Shown: positions 15,333 through 29,864 of the stretch, one piece after another
Layout: every line of letters begins with the position of its first letter
Numbering within the stretch: position 1 is the stretch's first letter
DNA from: Geosiphon pyriformis uo1
Taxonomy: Eukaryota > Fungi > Glomeromycota
DNA: 64,000 nt
Direction: 5' to 3'
NCBI GenBank assembly: GCA_016748015.1
Contig: JAAOMT010000402.1
Location: 6,983 to 70,982, forward strand
Position numbers and translations under genes: made by a program
The notes under the pieces: model-generated
Told to the model about the DNA's origin: nothing
Seen by the model: only the letters and a program-made list of their open reading frames with translations
Database searches by the model: none

Positions 15333-16196
15333 CGACTGAAAGATTAAAAACACAAATTTTAAAAAAAGAATCTTTTATTTTCTTTTAAAAAATACTCACT
15401 TTATTAAACCTTTTTACAAGTAGAAAATATTTTTAGAATAAAAAATTTTTTCAGGGCCTTTTTAAGTCCTGCTGAAATTCCTAAATTACTAATAATCATT
15501 TAAATAATCTGAAATTATTTAGGCTGACTTATATTATCAGTCAAATTAATATTTTAAAATTACGAATAATCATAAGAATTAAATCTGAATTCCAAAGTAG
15601 AAATTTTATAAAAAAAGTAAATATTTCTTTTCAGTATTCATAAACTCAATTCTTATTTAATTTATTACAAAAACTAATATCATTATATGAATTTAATTAA
15701 TCAAATTGACACGAGATTTGTTTTTTTATTTTGTAAAAAATTTTTAAATCTCTATTTTCTTTTGAATACTAAATTTCATTCTGAGATTATTTATTTATTA
15801 TCAATCAAAATTATTTCAAAATTTATGTAAAAGAAAATTATTTCACAATGAACTATTTTATGAAACTATCCTCAAAGACGAGAACAAAAGAGGGTATACT
15901 CATTTCCGAAAAATTATTTTTAAACCTTTATAAGAAAATATAAAAAATTACTATTTAAAAATTTATCTAGATTTGAACAAAGATTCTATTCAATTGATGT
16001 TCTTACTCTTGTATATGCTAACCAAAATATTAGTATCTATTTACATGAAAATATTCAGTGATTTCAATGTAAATGTTTACCTTAAAAAATATATACTAAA
16101 GCTTCTTGTAACAATCATAAACTTTTAAATCTCTTTATCAGCTTTGAATTCATTAGTAACTTGATTTATTGAGGTTGTTATCAAAGATATAATATT

Positions 16197-17631
16197 TCAT
16201 GCTAAGCCGGGACAGTTCCCCATTAGTTGATCAAAATATGGACCTTTATGTGATAAAAAGTTACCTTTTTGACCCTTATTACATGCCTTTGAATAGAAAA
16301 GGGTATACACTCGTCTTAAAGACATTTACACTATAAGTCATATATACAAATTAAAAAAATAATAAAAATTTTCTCACCTTTGACTCTTCTCTTAAAAAAT
16401 TTTTTGAAATAAAATTCAGACATTTGTGTACAATAGGTTTTTCTGAACATTCGCAATTTGTTTCTATCCAGTACTCAGTACCATGATGTTGGTATGGTTG
16501 ATTGTCTAACATTCCTTTCGGTAATTGCGGAATGGCATCGTCATTAAAAGTAATACGATAGATTTTGAAGGAACGTTCATCAATCATTCGTCGAAATTGG
16601 GCATTAGCGAATCGAGGTTGGCCAAAATTGTATACAGTGATATCGAATCTTGCACCTGAATATATTGAAGTGCAAAAGAACAGACCTAAAAGATTTGCAT
16701 ATACTTGAGCATGATAATTCAAGTTCAAGAAAAAGCTTAATATATTTTAATATAAAGGATATGTTATTTCCAAGAAAATATTTTCAAAAATTATAACAAG
16801 CCTACTTCCGCCAACGCTAAATCCCGTTATGCTAAGTTTTCTTTTTTTCAATTTCGGATTGGCAAGCTTTAAAATTTTATGTGCTGACATGACTTTAACA
16901 AGAAGTTGATCTTTGGCTTTTTTCCAAGTTTCTAAAATAATTTTATCGATTCCACCTTTTGAAATTTCAAAATTTTCAAACTCTTTTGATCCCCATGACA
17001 TCCATTGAATGTCTATTGGTTCTATTGCATTAATATATACAATAATTTCTTGTGTTTCCTTAAATGCAATAGCATCAGCTCAAAGTTTCCCAAAAATTAA
17101 AAAAGTTGTTTTGTTAAAAATTATATTATTTTTAAGAAATGGGTCAAGTTGAATGGAAAATTTACCCCAAATTCCTGTTGTGACCAAGTGATGTGTGTCA
17201 TTAAGACAAAATGCTCGATTCGAATAATATGCAAATTTTTTAAAACTATCTAAAAGCTTTTCGTCCTTTATTTCGTTTCGATACGAAGATAAATCTGATA
17301 TTGAATTTCTTTTATAGATTATAGTTTTTGGTGGTATTATCAAATTAATTTTATCCGAAATTGATTTAGGAAATATTAATGTTGTTGATATCTTGTTATT
17401 CTTTAAATCATTGATATATCCCGGAGAATCAAAGTAGAATTTAAGAAAATTTATTGGATAAACATTTTGACTAATTCTTTGCTTAAAAATCTTCCACTGT
17501 GTAAAGATACAACTTTTCACAGTAAAAGAAGATTGTAAAAAATGTTTAAATAAAAAAAATAATGTTAATAACAAAATGGCTATTTTAAAGAAAATAGAAT
17601 GTGAACTCTTTTTTTTAAGTGAAAAATGCAT
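16197..17631 (-). CDS. Lipase class 3-like protein D with N-terminal TM segment; retains G-x-S-x-G (GFSVG)
   Basis: Four exons. Motifs ITGFSVGG, NFGQPRFAN, RITFNDDAIP, HHGTEYWI, HKGPYF; stop at 16197-16199. Confidence 0.78.
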
Positions 17632-17803
17632 AATATGAAAAGAATTATCTCTTGATAATTAAAGAAAATAGTGTTTTAAATAGCCATTTTTTGTTTAAAA
17701 TTTAGAAACTTTTATGATTATGCAAAAAGACCCTTTGTTTTTTTTTGTGTGTTTAGTATATAAGTTTAATCTAATAAACAACATTATTATCAATCGAATA
17801 CTG

Positions 17804-17843
<40 letters not shown>

Positions 17844-19589
17844 CTTAATTATTGTTCTAAATATTTACTTTATCAGAAAAACTAATATTTTTAATAGTTA
17901 TATAGTTATATATTATACTAATTTTTATACATTTAATTTTAATAATATTCTCCTTAGAAAACTTTAAACCCTTGAAAAAAAAACCCATTCCACCAAAAGC
18001 TAATTAAAAAGTTATGACAAGATGAAATGATAGTATATAAGCGTTTATATTTTATGATTACCTGTTTGAATTAAATGCTTGTGACATTACACTATATTCT
18101 ATTTTACAAGTTTACAGAAATTTTGAAAAATCCTGAATGATACAGCTATGATAAATTAAATAATTATCAAATAAACTTTATGATAATATTTATATTTGTT
18201 AAATTTACTATAAATTTATGATATTTTGATCAAATTAATAAGTACAATTAATTTAAATTTTACTTTATTAAAGCCGAAATTATTAATTTTATGTTAACCA
18301 TTAATGCTTTTTTTTAATTTTAAGAAAAAAATTATTATACAAATTCAATATTCATTAATTTAAATTGCAATAAAAAATTTGTTTCTATATATATTTTGAT
18401 ATTTTTTGTTTATAATGACGGAAACATCATTTTAAGAATTTGTCGCGTTACCAACCTCCTTTCAAAAAAAAGCCGACGCCTAAATCTTATTTTTGTTTCC
18501 CTTGATGTCACAAAACTTCCTATTTATTTATGCTGTCTTCGGTTTTATCTTTTCACACCTAAATAATGCACCCTAACCCCATAAAACCAAACGATAAAGT
18601 TATTAAGAACTTTTGACGCAATAATCATCACAATACAACCGAATTTACTAATTAACTTTGCTCCTATCAATGTTACTTCGTCCTACTTTGCAAAAATAGC
18701 TACATTTCGGATATTCATTGTCTTGACCGCTCACAAGCTTAGTTCTCGTAAAAGTCACCACATCGGCAAAATCGTCCACAGAAATCATTTCGTTACGGCA
18801 GAAGCGTTCAAAGAAATGCATCCAGGGCAAATCAACAAGTCCTGGGGCTACATTGTCATCATGTTCTTCACCTCCAATAATAACTTTGTGATAACTCCAA
18901 GCAAGACTTCTACATGTCAAGTTCTGCGGTGGTCATTATATATAACTCGGACGTCAAATCTATTAAGAATATTTGAAGTATAATGTAGGAGAAAAGTAAA
19001 AGGAAGGATGGCAAAAAAAATACAGCACCTTACGAGGTTTTTATTAGGCTAATATAAAGAATAGGCAAACTTTCCAGAGGTGTTACTTATTAATTTTTTT
19101 AGCATGTTTGCCCTATATATTCAAGCTTTTCAAATATTGACAGATATCCTCATGGTCTAAGATGACAATGTCACGTACTACATATATGTGCATAGGATAA
19201 CTAATTTGATGAAGCAGCAAGTCATTGAAAATTACTGCTTTATTAACAGAATATACTAAGTCTAAAGAGCAAATGCGCATTTAAAATCAACACAACGCTA
19301 TTTATTAGTAAAACATCTTTTCTAGTATCTAGAGGATAACTAATAATCTTTGAAAGACTGTCCCGAATTCAATAAAATTATAAAAATATTATCACGAGGT
19401 TAAATGAACATCCCAATTTAGTGTAAGATGCAAGATCTTACGCCATATTGAATACAGTAATTCCGCGCGCGTAACCAAATATGCCTCACAATCACCAAAA
19501 GCTTTAATAGATGCCATATTAAGAAATTACAATGTTCGCAATCTAAAATTTAATTATAAAAAGTCTAACCCATTTTCACCTTCACTATT

Positions 19590-21380
19590 ATGAACCTAAT
19601 ATACCATCTGCTCAAGACAGCACAAATGATACACCTACTTCTTATTGTTCTTGTTTTATTACAAAACGATGCGATTCTTGTTTCTTCCTATTTCTCGCCA
19701 TCCCCTCGGTGGGCTCATATAGCTTCTCTAATTGATAAGAGAATTTATTTCGTTGGTGGAGTGATAAATTTGATTGATTATGCAATTGATAATGCATACC
19801 TAGATCTTTCTCAAAATTTTTCCACTAATTCACCCGCTTTTTATGAAGTTGAAACATTACCCAGATCTCTAAATATGTCCTTCACATCAGCTGAGGTGGT
19901 AAAAACCAAAAATATAACTGAACTTATTGTATTTGATGGAAATGTAAGTTTCTTAAGTCGAACTTTAATTATTAAAATACGTAGTTTTAATGCTCAAAAA
20001 AAAATTATTTTTCAAGTGGCTCGATCCCAAAAAGTATTATATTTACACCTGTAAAACAGATCAAAATAAGCTCACATGGTTTCAAAATAATGATGCTCAA
20101 TCGGGAAATCCAGGGGCAAAGAGTTATATTAATACAGTAATTGATAAAAAAGGAAGAATATATTTTTGGGGAGGGTTTCGGAATAATACTTACTTGGAGG
20201 ATAAAGCAATGTATATATATAATACGAACTCTACATCCTGGACTAAAATCGCGCCATTGAATTCTCCTTCACCAAGGTTTTCTTATACTGCCACATTATT
20301 ACCAGATGGACGCATTATTTTTATTGGTGGGGTTGGCCATTTTTATCCAAATCCAGAAGCAGATCTGAGTGCGGTAATTTGCAATCTAAAGCTCGAGGGA
20401 AATTTATTATGAGTTCTTTAATTTTTGATTTTTTATATAGATCTTAATTTTTAATATCAATGAAAAGCCTGAGGATCCATGGTCTTATGAGGTTATTTAA
20501 TATAAAAATATTAAATTAAATTTTTTTAATTTTGATGACACTAACTTTGGGTTAAAAATATAAACAGTCAGCAAAAAGCGTCGTTGCTCTAGGATCTAGG
20601 AGGGGACATACAGCAATCCTTGGTAATTTAATAATTGATTGTAAATTTTTATTATTGAATTTGTCTTTAATATCATTAAAACTATTTAGCCTCTGATGAA
20701 TACAATATCATAATTTATGGGGGTCATGACAACTTCACTCGTCCAGCTAATCCTTTAATGGTTTTAGATACAAAAACATTTATATGGTCAGTACCAATTG
20801 TAGAATCTCTTCCTAATGATTTATCAGTGCTCTCTTATCATACCGCTACAAGATATCAAAACTTGATGATTATTGCATTTGGTAAGTCTTCTTAACGCCC
20901 TACTTTTAATTGCCTCAATTCAAATCTTTATAATAATATTTTTGCAATATAGGGCTTCATGATTACAAATCCCCAGATTTTAATTCGAGTAAAGAAATAA
21001 GAATATTTGATATATCTAATGGAACTTTTAAGTGGCTACAAAATTATGTAGCTCCTGAAATCACCGAAACTCCATCAGGTCCCGGGATGACCGAAACTGC
21101 AGTAGGTCCCGTGACAACCGAACCTTCCCCTCCGAATAATTTAGGACTTATTATTGGAGTCCTTCTTGCCTCAATTGGTTTAATATTTTTGGGATCAGCT
21201 TTTGTATTTATTTTATATCGTCGCCGCTCAACAAAGGCTAATAATATTCAAGGAAACGCAACAAACAACCAAGTAATCGAAAATTCAAGATTTCAGCCAC
21301 ATTTGTCTATGGTAGTACCAAATGTCTCTAATTTAGCAACCGAAGTAAAAATTGATTCTACCTTTCATAGGTTTATATGA
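19590..21380 (+). CDS. Kelch/galactose-oxidase-like beta-propeller type I membrane protein A (signal peptide, single TM)
   Basis: Hydrophobic N-terminus; Kelch motifs PSPRWAHIA..IYFVGG, SPRFSYTATLLPDGRIIFIGG, SRRGHTAIL, YHTAT; TM GLIIGVLLASIGLIFLGSAFVFILY followed by RRR; several GT-AG introns; no disruption seen. Confidence 0.82.
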
Positions 21381-21849
21381 AGCAGATAACTCTATATTAC
21401 ACCTTTTGATATTACCCATTAGGTGGTAGGCTATAATATTATTTGATTTTCATTCAATAATGTTACTTCAAAGTTAATATAAACGTTTTTAAAATTTAAT
21501 GTTTTAATGACTTCAACCGAAATTTAATTTCTCATTCAATATCTTTCGAGAATGGTGTCTTTTCTGAAAGAATCTCGAGTCTTTATAATGAAGTGATAGT
21601 ATTCATCAAAATATAAATTGACAAAAATTTCCTTATTTTTAAATCAAGATATCAGTGTGGTGAAATCAAGAAATCTATATAGTTTTAAAGTTGGGCTTGT
21701 TTTGAAATATCCTATTGCTGCTACCTTACATTTCCTAGGTCAGACTTAAAATGTCACCTCAATCTCAGTGCCATTATAGTGTGCTAAATTTTTGATTCTC
21801 CATGGAATATATACTCAGAGTGACTCAAATGCCGGAAGATTAAATTCTT

Positions 21850-22760
21850 AAATGTTAGACTTTTTATAATTAAATTTTAGCAAGGTTATAAACATTGTGA
21901 AAATTTCTAATTTCTTAATATGGCATCTATTCTCTTGATGACCTAATTTTGGCTCATGGTAATTATAAAACATACTTGCTTATGCGAATAAGTTGAACAA
22001 TACTGCATTTAATATGGCGTAAGACCTTGCATATTACACGCTAAATTAAAACCCGATATAACTGGGAAAGAATATTTTAATAATTTTAAAAAATGTTACT
22101 AATAAATAGCGTTATGCTGATTTCAATGCGCATTTGAGCTTAAAACCTTCAATTGATAACCACTTTACATAGAATTCAGAAAACTTTGTTATTCTATGCA
22201 CGACTTATTTTTTATACATGTAGTACAAAATATTGTCCCATCTTGGATTAGGATATATGTCAATAGGTGATTTGCGAGACCTTTTTATAATAACTCATTA
22301 GGTCATTTGAGGATTCTTACACAAAATCAGTAGCTAAATCATAGCTAAAAAGCTTTTCTACTTTTTTAAAGGCATATTTTTAATCGGGTAATTGTATTTT
22401 AAATATTGTTACCTATTCTTAGCGTTGATGTAATAATTCTTGAAACACCAGATTCAGAAATTATTATTTATGCCATTTAAATTCGAATTAATAAATCTTT
22501 AGTTTTTATGAGTCGTAAGTTCTTTGAAAGTTGAAATTGCTTAATCTTATAATCCAATATTCCTTGCTGGATGTGGAAGAAAATCTATTATTGAATGAAA
22601 ATTACACTAATTCATAGAAGATTTAATGTGCACCCGCATCGTTACATAACTCAAATTTATTGGGTCTAAATAAATAATATTCATCTAATAGATCAATAAT
22701 TTGTTTTAGTATTCAATATATGAAATCTTTCTTTTGTGATAGAAATATATAGTCCTGGTC
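21850..22760 (-). promoter_or_regulatory. Orphan copy of the Kelch-gene upstream region with no CDS following
   Basis: Inverted copy of about 19150-19570 and direct copy of about 56985-57690; includes the tataaaaagtcta TATA segment; no Kelch exon downstream. Confidence 0.65.
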
Positions 22761-22814
22761 AGAACAAAATAAAATAGATAAATCTTCAAATCTTCAAAGG
22801 AGCTTTACAAATTA

Positions 22815-23005
22815 ATGGATATCTGACCATAAACACATAGAAAATCTCCTTAATGGGTGAATTTGTACCATACCATAACTTAGTTTTATTAAATGGGGGT
22901 ATGCTATCAAATAATAATTCTCCATCTCCAACCTTTTTTGACAAATAATAAATAAAATAATTTTTGCTTTTTAAATATCTGGAACATTATTGAGATAGCT
23001 TAATG
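22815..23005 (+). promoter_or_regulatory. Truncated copy of the CAAX-peptide gene upstream region
   Basis: Matches 52510-52705 (aatctccttaatgg..gaatttgtacca..ctccatctccaacctttttt..attgagatagcttaa); similarity ends before the TATA box and ORF. Confidence 0.7.
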
Positions 23006-24989
23006 TTTTAGAATTCTGATTCAGTTAGTATTTTTTTTTAATAATAAATGGTCGCGTAAAGGCCCATAATGTTTTGCTAAAAAACTAGTCGTGTTTTCTT
23101 AATTTTCTTTTCTTCAATCTAATTAAAATAAAAATTCAATTTGATAAACAAAAGAAATTGTCAAGAATCGCAATATTTACTTTTTTCAAGAAATAATTTT
23201 AGGTTTCCATTACTGATTAAAAAAATGAATGTAGAAACAAAATATTCTTTATATTATTTACGATATTTGTTTTTATTAGTCGGATCACAAACTGCTCAAA
23301 ATAATAACATTGTTAGTCTTTGATTAGATTCAAGTTTATTATTTAAAAAGATTCTTGAAATCAAAAAAAAATTGGAAGAGCTTTGCCAGAGGCTGATCTA
23401 AGCCTCATATTAAAAGCACATAAGTAATATATTTTTGGCTATGATGAGTGAACAACTTTACAAATTAAATAAAATTATGAACAATTATAAGTCAAGATAA
23501 ATGAATTTAAAATTTGCTAATTATTATAAGATTTTTAGAAATATAAAAACTTTGGGCATTAATAATAAGTAATTTGAAATGTTAAGTATCTACATATTTA
23601 TTATTCATTCTAGAAAGTCAAAAAACCTGAAATCATTCAAATCGTCAAATGGGCTCATAAAATGAAATAATTATTAAATTTTGGCATTAAGATATTTGAA
23701 AATTATAAATTGTTGGATTTTTTAATCAGATCAAGATGCATGTTTTTGAACAGAAATTTAAAATTTTACTTCATGCTCTGAAAAAAGTAAATTTGTTAGT
23801 TTAAAGAATCCCATAAACTTTATGCAAATTTTTTTTCAAAAATTCTGTATTCAATTCTGTGATATAAAACGTATTACCAGAAGTTGTTTTTCGTTCACGA
23901 TCATAATCATCAATTGGAAATTTAAGCTGCCAATCATCATCTGAATCACTTATTCTAAACAATTTATTTTAATTTCATGGTTACCCGAATGTTTTTTTCA
24001 CGCTTCCTTTTATATTGAGTGCAGCAAATACCTAACCAAGAGTGAATTTAATTTATCAGTCCTCATGCTAAACCCTACAAATATAAACTGATTTCAAATT
24101 ATCTGACTTTAATTTTTTTTCTCAGAGTTTATATAATTCTGAGACAAGACGTATGCTACTTGTCGGTAAGAAATAATTTACCATTTTCTGTGTATGCTAT
24201 CGGGTTTAATAAATTAAATTAAATCAAATTCTACAGCTGTTTGATGATATCAATTATCAACGCTAACAAAAATTTAGAGAGAAACCTTAAAAATTCAAAA
24301 TTAATATTTGCCGACTATAAAATTTAGCCTTTCCATTTCTTCCTAAAATGTTTTTGCAAATTATACCTTTAATATCATCTTTCATTATCACTAAACTAGT
24401 GATTGGTATAATAATTGAGCCCCTCAAGAGAAGACTGAAAGTCTTTTTTGGAGATTCACTTGTCGAATAATTTAGTTTGAAGGAAGTTGATACTGTAAAA
24501 TTCCCCGAGTGAATTTACCTCTTTTTTGAATTTAAAGAAAATATATTAGAAGCTTTTTTTGTTCACAATAAATGTATTTCTAGATAAAAATATTAAAATT
24601 TTCAGGAACGTGTTTGGCAAAAAAGATTTTGAATTGATATTAAATAATAATACATGAATACTGATAATATCCTTTGTTTTATGATGAAAATTTAACGCTC
24701 TATCCGGAAAATATAAAAAGCTGCTTAGTTTCATCAGTCCCTGCACAAAAACTATAGTCAATATCTTGAATTCTATTTATTTCGTCCAAAAGAATTATAT
24801 TGAAATTTTAGCAGCATGGATTTTTTAATACATAATAAAACAAAAGTGTGATTTGTATTATGAAATAATTTTAAATTGTGTTTTAAAAATATAGAGGAAG
24901 CTTAAAAGCAAGTTAAGATATCAAACCACTGGTTAAATTTATTTAATTTTGGGCATTAAAAAGTTCCCTTTAATTTCGTTGCATATCTA

Positions 24990-25150
24990 TTATATTCTTT
25001 TGGACAAGTCTTTTGCCATTTATAAGTCAAGTCAGAAGTGCTATATATGGCTGGAGATTCGCTTGCACAATTCAATTTTCAATGAGTGTTATGATAGTGG
25101 ATGGGGAGCGACCAAAATGATTTAAACTTTATTCAAAAGCAGCAGAGGTG
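24990..25150 (+). pseudogene. Degenerate SEL1-repeat fragment
   Basis: Reads [28 protein letters not shown] across frameshifts. Confidence 0.6.
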
Positions 25151-27228
25151 ACCTAAGTATTAACTTTGTCATTTGCCCTTTTATTAGCTATATAAGCAAG
25201 ATGCAAAAAAGCATCTATCTGACAATAAAAAATTATTTATCTTAATATTCTTTTCCTTTCAGATTAAAGTCATCATTTTCTTTCTTGAATTATGTGTTAA
25301 AATTTACAAGACTTGCTTTTGTAATTCACAGAATAAACAATCTTAAAAAAATCTATCCTGTTGTTGAATTCTAAAAGCATTGTTCAAGACATAAAATTAT
25401 AGCAGCTATGTTATTTTTTATTAAAAATCACACATTATTCCTTTATCTTCAAATTTTCTTCGAAAAAATTAGTGACTGTGATTTTAAGACAATTAAATCC
25501 CTTGCATATTTAATTTGCCTTCTGTTGAAATTCTTAGTTAGATTTATATTACTCTTAATTACTTTATCCTCTGCTCATTAATATATTATTTCAATACATA
25601 ACATTGTTATTAAATATAATTAGTTACCATAATATTACACAAGCATTATAAATATGATACTTTTGTATTTAAAGTTATATTGATATTGTAAAACTATTTT
25701 TAGTTTTTTATAACCAATTATTTTAAAATTTTCTTAACTATTTTATACTTATTATGTAATTTTAGTAATTTTTTATTTTTCTTTGGAATTTCGATAATTG
25801 AATAAAGTATAAACATTTTTTTGCCTATTTTATCTATTTTTGGTTATATTGTAAAACAATATAACAGATACAACAATATTAAATTTTTTTGGCAAGTATT
25901 ACAGATTTTTATGTTATTTAAAAAATATTGCACTTTTTTGAACATAGAGACTTGAGTTATAAGAAGCGAAAATTCTTATATACAGTATGATTTAAGCTAT
26001 GATAATATTGTGCAGTGTTAAAATTATTTTTCAAATTTTTTGCTAAAACCAAAAAACACTACTGTAATTTTTTAATGTATACATAATATATCTTTGTTAA
26101 TAACATAGGTTTTCAAGATTTTTTCAAATTAAATGCAGTAGTATTCTTGACAAATTAATAAGTATAATTTAAGCATTGGTTATAACCTTCTATATTTTTT
26201 TATTACCAATGATCTTGTCAAACTTATATAATGTTTTTCTTAATAAGAAATAATTTTTTGTTAGCTGTCAAATTAGTTTGTTGTGATTTAACATATAAAT
26301 GAATTAATTGGTGTCATTTTTACAGTTTTAAATAAGGCTTAAATTAGAATTTTTATAATTATTACTTTTTGATTATAATATAAGTGTAGAAATTTTACAT
26401 TAGTGTATATAATCATATTGTTTTCTTAAGCCAAATTTGTTACAGCAATTTTCTTGAAATTTGAAAAAGTAAAAACTTTTTAAATTTTTAATCACATTAA
26501 ATATTCTTTTTTTAAGATAATTTTTTTGGTGCAATAATATTTTTTACTAATAAATAATAATATTAACACCATAGAATTTAAAAAATTTACTGTTTTAAAT
26601 TCTTTTATGTAACAATAATAGTAGAAATCAAAATAACAAAATAAAACAATATCATCTATTTTTTATTAAATCAATTTACTTTTGAGCTTTATTTAATAAG
26701 TTTGTGCACTTAGCTTTAAATATTTAAAAACTTAACAAAATTTGTATAAAATGTACTTGAAAGTTTTTTCCTAGAATTTCTTGTTTACTACTTTTCAAAC
26801 CAATTTTTGGTGCTAATAATATTTTTTTTGTTTTCAGGCTCCTTTTTTCTAATATTGTTATCAAAAAACAACTTTTAACTTAAAAAAGTAAAAAGAGTAG
26901 AAATTCAAGTTGTATTAATAAATAAATAAAATTATTTAAACAACATTGAATTAATGCAAAAATATAATAAAGATTCAAAAATGATATTTATGTACTTTGG
27001 TTCTGAATAGTAGTATTAACTTTTGCTTTTTTATCCATTATTAAAAGAAAATAATCATGCAAAGAGTCTCAATTTAGTATGCATTGATTTAGATAAAGTT
27101 TTAATGTTCCTCTTAAAAAAATATAAATCAAAAGGAATGGCCATGACTTTTATAAATTTCGGTTGATAATAAATTGATAACGGTGGTGGATATTTGAAGA
27201 GAATTATTATTGCCGATAAAATACAACT

Positions 27229-27360
27229 TTACATGATCGAGCATTGGCCAGTACCGCTACCGTCGTCTGGGTCACCGGTTGGTCCTTTAATAGAGCCGTT
27301 ACCGGGAGCAATAATTGAGAGGGGATTAAAGGACGATTGATTGTTGGTTGTTGGTTGCAT
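27229..27360 (-). CDS. CAAX peptide P1, putative lipopeptide pheromone precursor (43 aa, ends CSIM)
   Basis: ATG at 27360 to TAA at 27229; MQPTTNNQSSFNPLSIIAPGNGSIKGPTGDPDDGSGTGQCSIM; TATA at 27462-27468. Confidence 0.85.
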   Translation of the reverse strand: MQPTTNNQSSFNPLSIIAPGNGSIKGPTGDPDDGSGTGQCSIM

Positions 27361-29864
27361 TTTTTCAAATTATTTGATTTACTTTTAACGTTGTTGTTTT
27401 GCTTTTTGTCTTTGTTATTTCAGTGAGATTGAGAGAAAAGAAATTGGGAAAGCATCACCAGTTTTATAGCAAAGCATCATAGCCTTCTCGCTAAGACTTA
27501 ATATTAGAAACAATACTAACTGAATCAGAATGGTAAAATGCAAAAAATGTGACTAATAAGAGGTTGCCTTTATTGTTCTTTTTAATTATTATTTCGATAG
27601 ATGCGTTGTTAAGAAGATTTCGACAAAAAACATATATAGCTAGCATAGTACGATTTTATTTAGTTTGTTAACATAAAATTCCATAAGTAAAACACAATAA
27701 TTATAATGATAGATTTTCAGGAATATTAATAATTCCTTTAAAATATAAAAAATCTATGGCTCTAAAATATAATAAAAAATTGAAAAAAGAAATATCAAAA
27801 ACTCTTTCAAAAAATTGGTTTGCGAATAACTTTTTTTTAAAATGGAACCGTTTTTCTAAACCATTCTTCTTAATTATTACCTCTTGATTATTCCGATATT
27901 TTAGCTATATATTTTACTTATTGAGGGTTTTCATCATCATCATTAATGAATTAAATGGCATACTCAATTGATATAAAGGGAGAATAGAAAACATTACGAA
28001 AAACTAAGAATCCAGCAAAATTGAAAAAGCATGCTTTCAGGTCCAAATTATGATTATAGATATTTTTATTTCTTTAAGTTTATACTTAACGGCAAAGTTT
28101 CTCTAAATGAAGATAAAAATTATGAAAACAAGAACAAATAACTGTTTATCCTTTTAAACTTAATTATTTTTTAGTTCAAAATATACATGAACTTTGGTCA
28201 AATTATTTTAGGGAATAGATTATTAATTTGAAGGTTGTTATTAATTTAAATTCTAATTAATTTAAAAATAAAAGTCATATTTACAGTAAATATAATAATA
28301 TAAATATAATTGAAGGCGTAATAGGTAAATGGTACCTATTAAAAAAAAATATCAAAGAAGACAAAACTTTCCTTGGGCTTAATGAACTATATAATATGAG
28401 AGATACAGAGTGGACTATTTTTAATGCACCTTAAGTTAGTATACAGTATATATAAAATTAGAATATGAATTTCAATAACTTTAAACATTCCATTTGCATT
28501 TAGAACCTTTTTTTATAAAAATATTAAATCAACACATGGTCCGATAAACCTTAATTGAATACAAATGCTTGGGTTTCAAGATTTTTTGTCACAGCTATTG
28601 CAAAACCAAAATTAATTAAATGATTTTCTTTTGTTGTAATATTAATTGTAAACTTTATTTTTTTCTTTCTAATTCAAAATATTAATTTTTAATCAAAATT
28701 AATAATACTTATTTTTATGCATTAATTTTAAAATAAATTTGAATTTTACATAATTATTTACAGAAGCAATTTTTTTACAATTTATTATAATGAGGTTTTT
28801 TCAATTAAGTACTTGTAATTTAGAGATTATGGATTTTAATTTTTTATAAGCAATTTTTGTTAATTTAAAATAATTTTTTTATTATATTTAGACAAAATGT
28901 GATCAAATTGCTATTTAACTACATACAATATATATATGTTACATATTAAGTGCAGCTTATGCACTTTCTACATGTGACAAGTTATTTAGCATAGGCTTCT
29001 TCATTTTTAGTTCAGTAGGCTTTGGCTGAATCAAAGACAATGAGCAATGATTTGCAATGATATCCCCAACAATGGATGATCTTTAATTCAATAAGGAAAG
29101 AAATAGCATAAACAAATATTTTTCGTTGATAATTGCATTTTCAATCTAGTTGGTCAGCAGATAAAAACCAACCAATATTTAATTAAGATTCTAATTTAGA
29201 GACCTAAATACGCTTAAGTGTATTATTTTGGACGGATTTATTGACATGAGCATATGAAGAATAATATGATTTTTTTCCATATAACGCTTTTCCATATTAT
29301 AATAATATTCAAATTTATGATAATGATTTTCGGAAAATAATGATAACTAAAATATTTTATTTTTAGGTGTAAAAATTAACTGTATTTATTCTTGATTATC
29401 TTTTCCTATATAAGCCATAAAATAATTCGATTGATAATCGTTACTTTATCTATCCATTTATAATATCTTCGTCTCGCCCACGCCATGGAAAGTTCGATTT
29501 CAGTAAATTAATTGGGATTTTAGCCTTAAAAATCTTTAATGTTTTCATTTTTGATGATCTACTCAACAATCTTCCCATAAAAATTTTTTTTTTATAAATT
29601 CTGGACCAATCTTCAGAGCACACTTTCACTACTATCATATGTTTTATTAATAAAATTAGTTTAATTCTTAAGAAGGCAAAGTTGCTTAGAAATTAACAAT
29701 AAAAGAAAAATTCGCGTAACTAAATATGACTTTTAATCATTAAGGGCCATCAAAGAGAATAGATACCTAAATTAAGATATTAAATTCTACAACTTTTCTA
29801 TAAAAAGTTTCAATATTTTTGACCATTATAAACCTAATATACCATAATCTTGAAAAGAGCTCGA

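Noticed and set aside
25500-27000. Possible highly decayed DNA-transposon (MULE-like) relic on the minus strand
   Set aside because: Too degenerate to support by eye; no intact motif.
27229-27360. Peptide unit as a tRNA/SINE/MITE or as the last exon of a Ras/Rho/G-gamma gene
   Set aside because: No TIRs or pol III boxes seen. Each copy has its own ATG in an A-rich context and a TATA box, there are no upstream GTPase exons, and divergence is codon-patterned.
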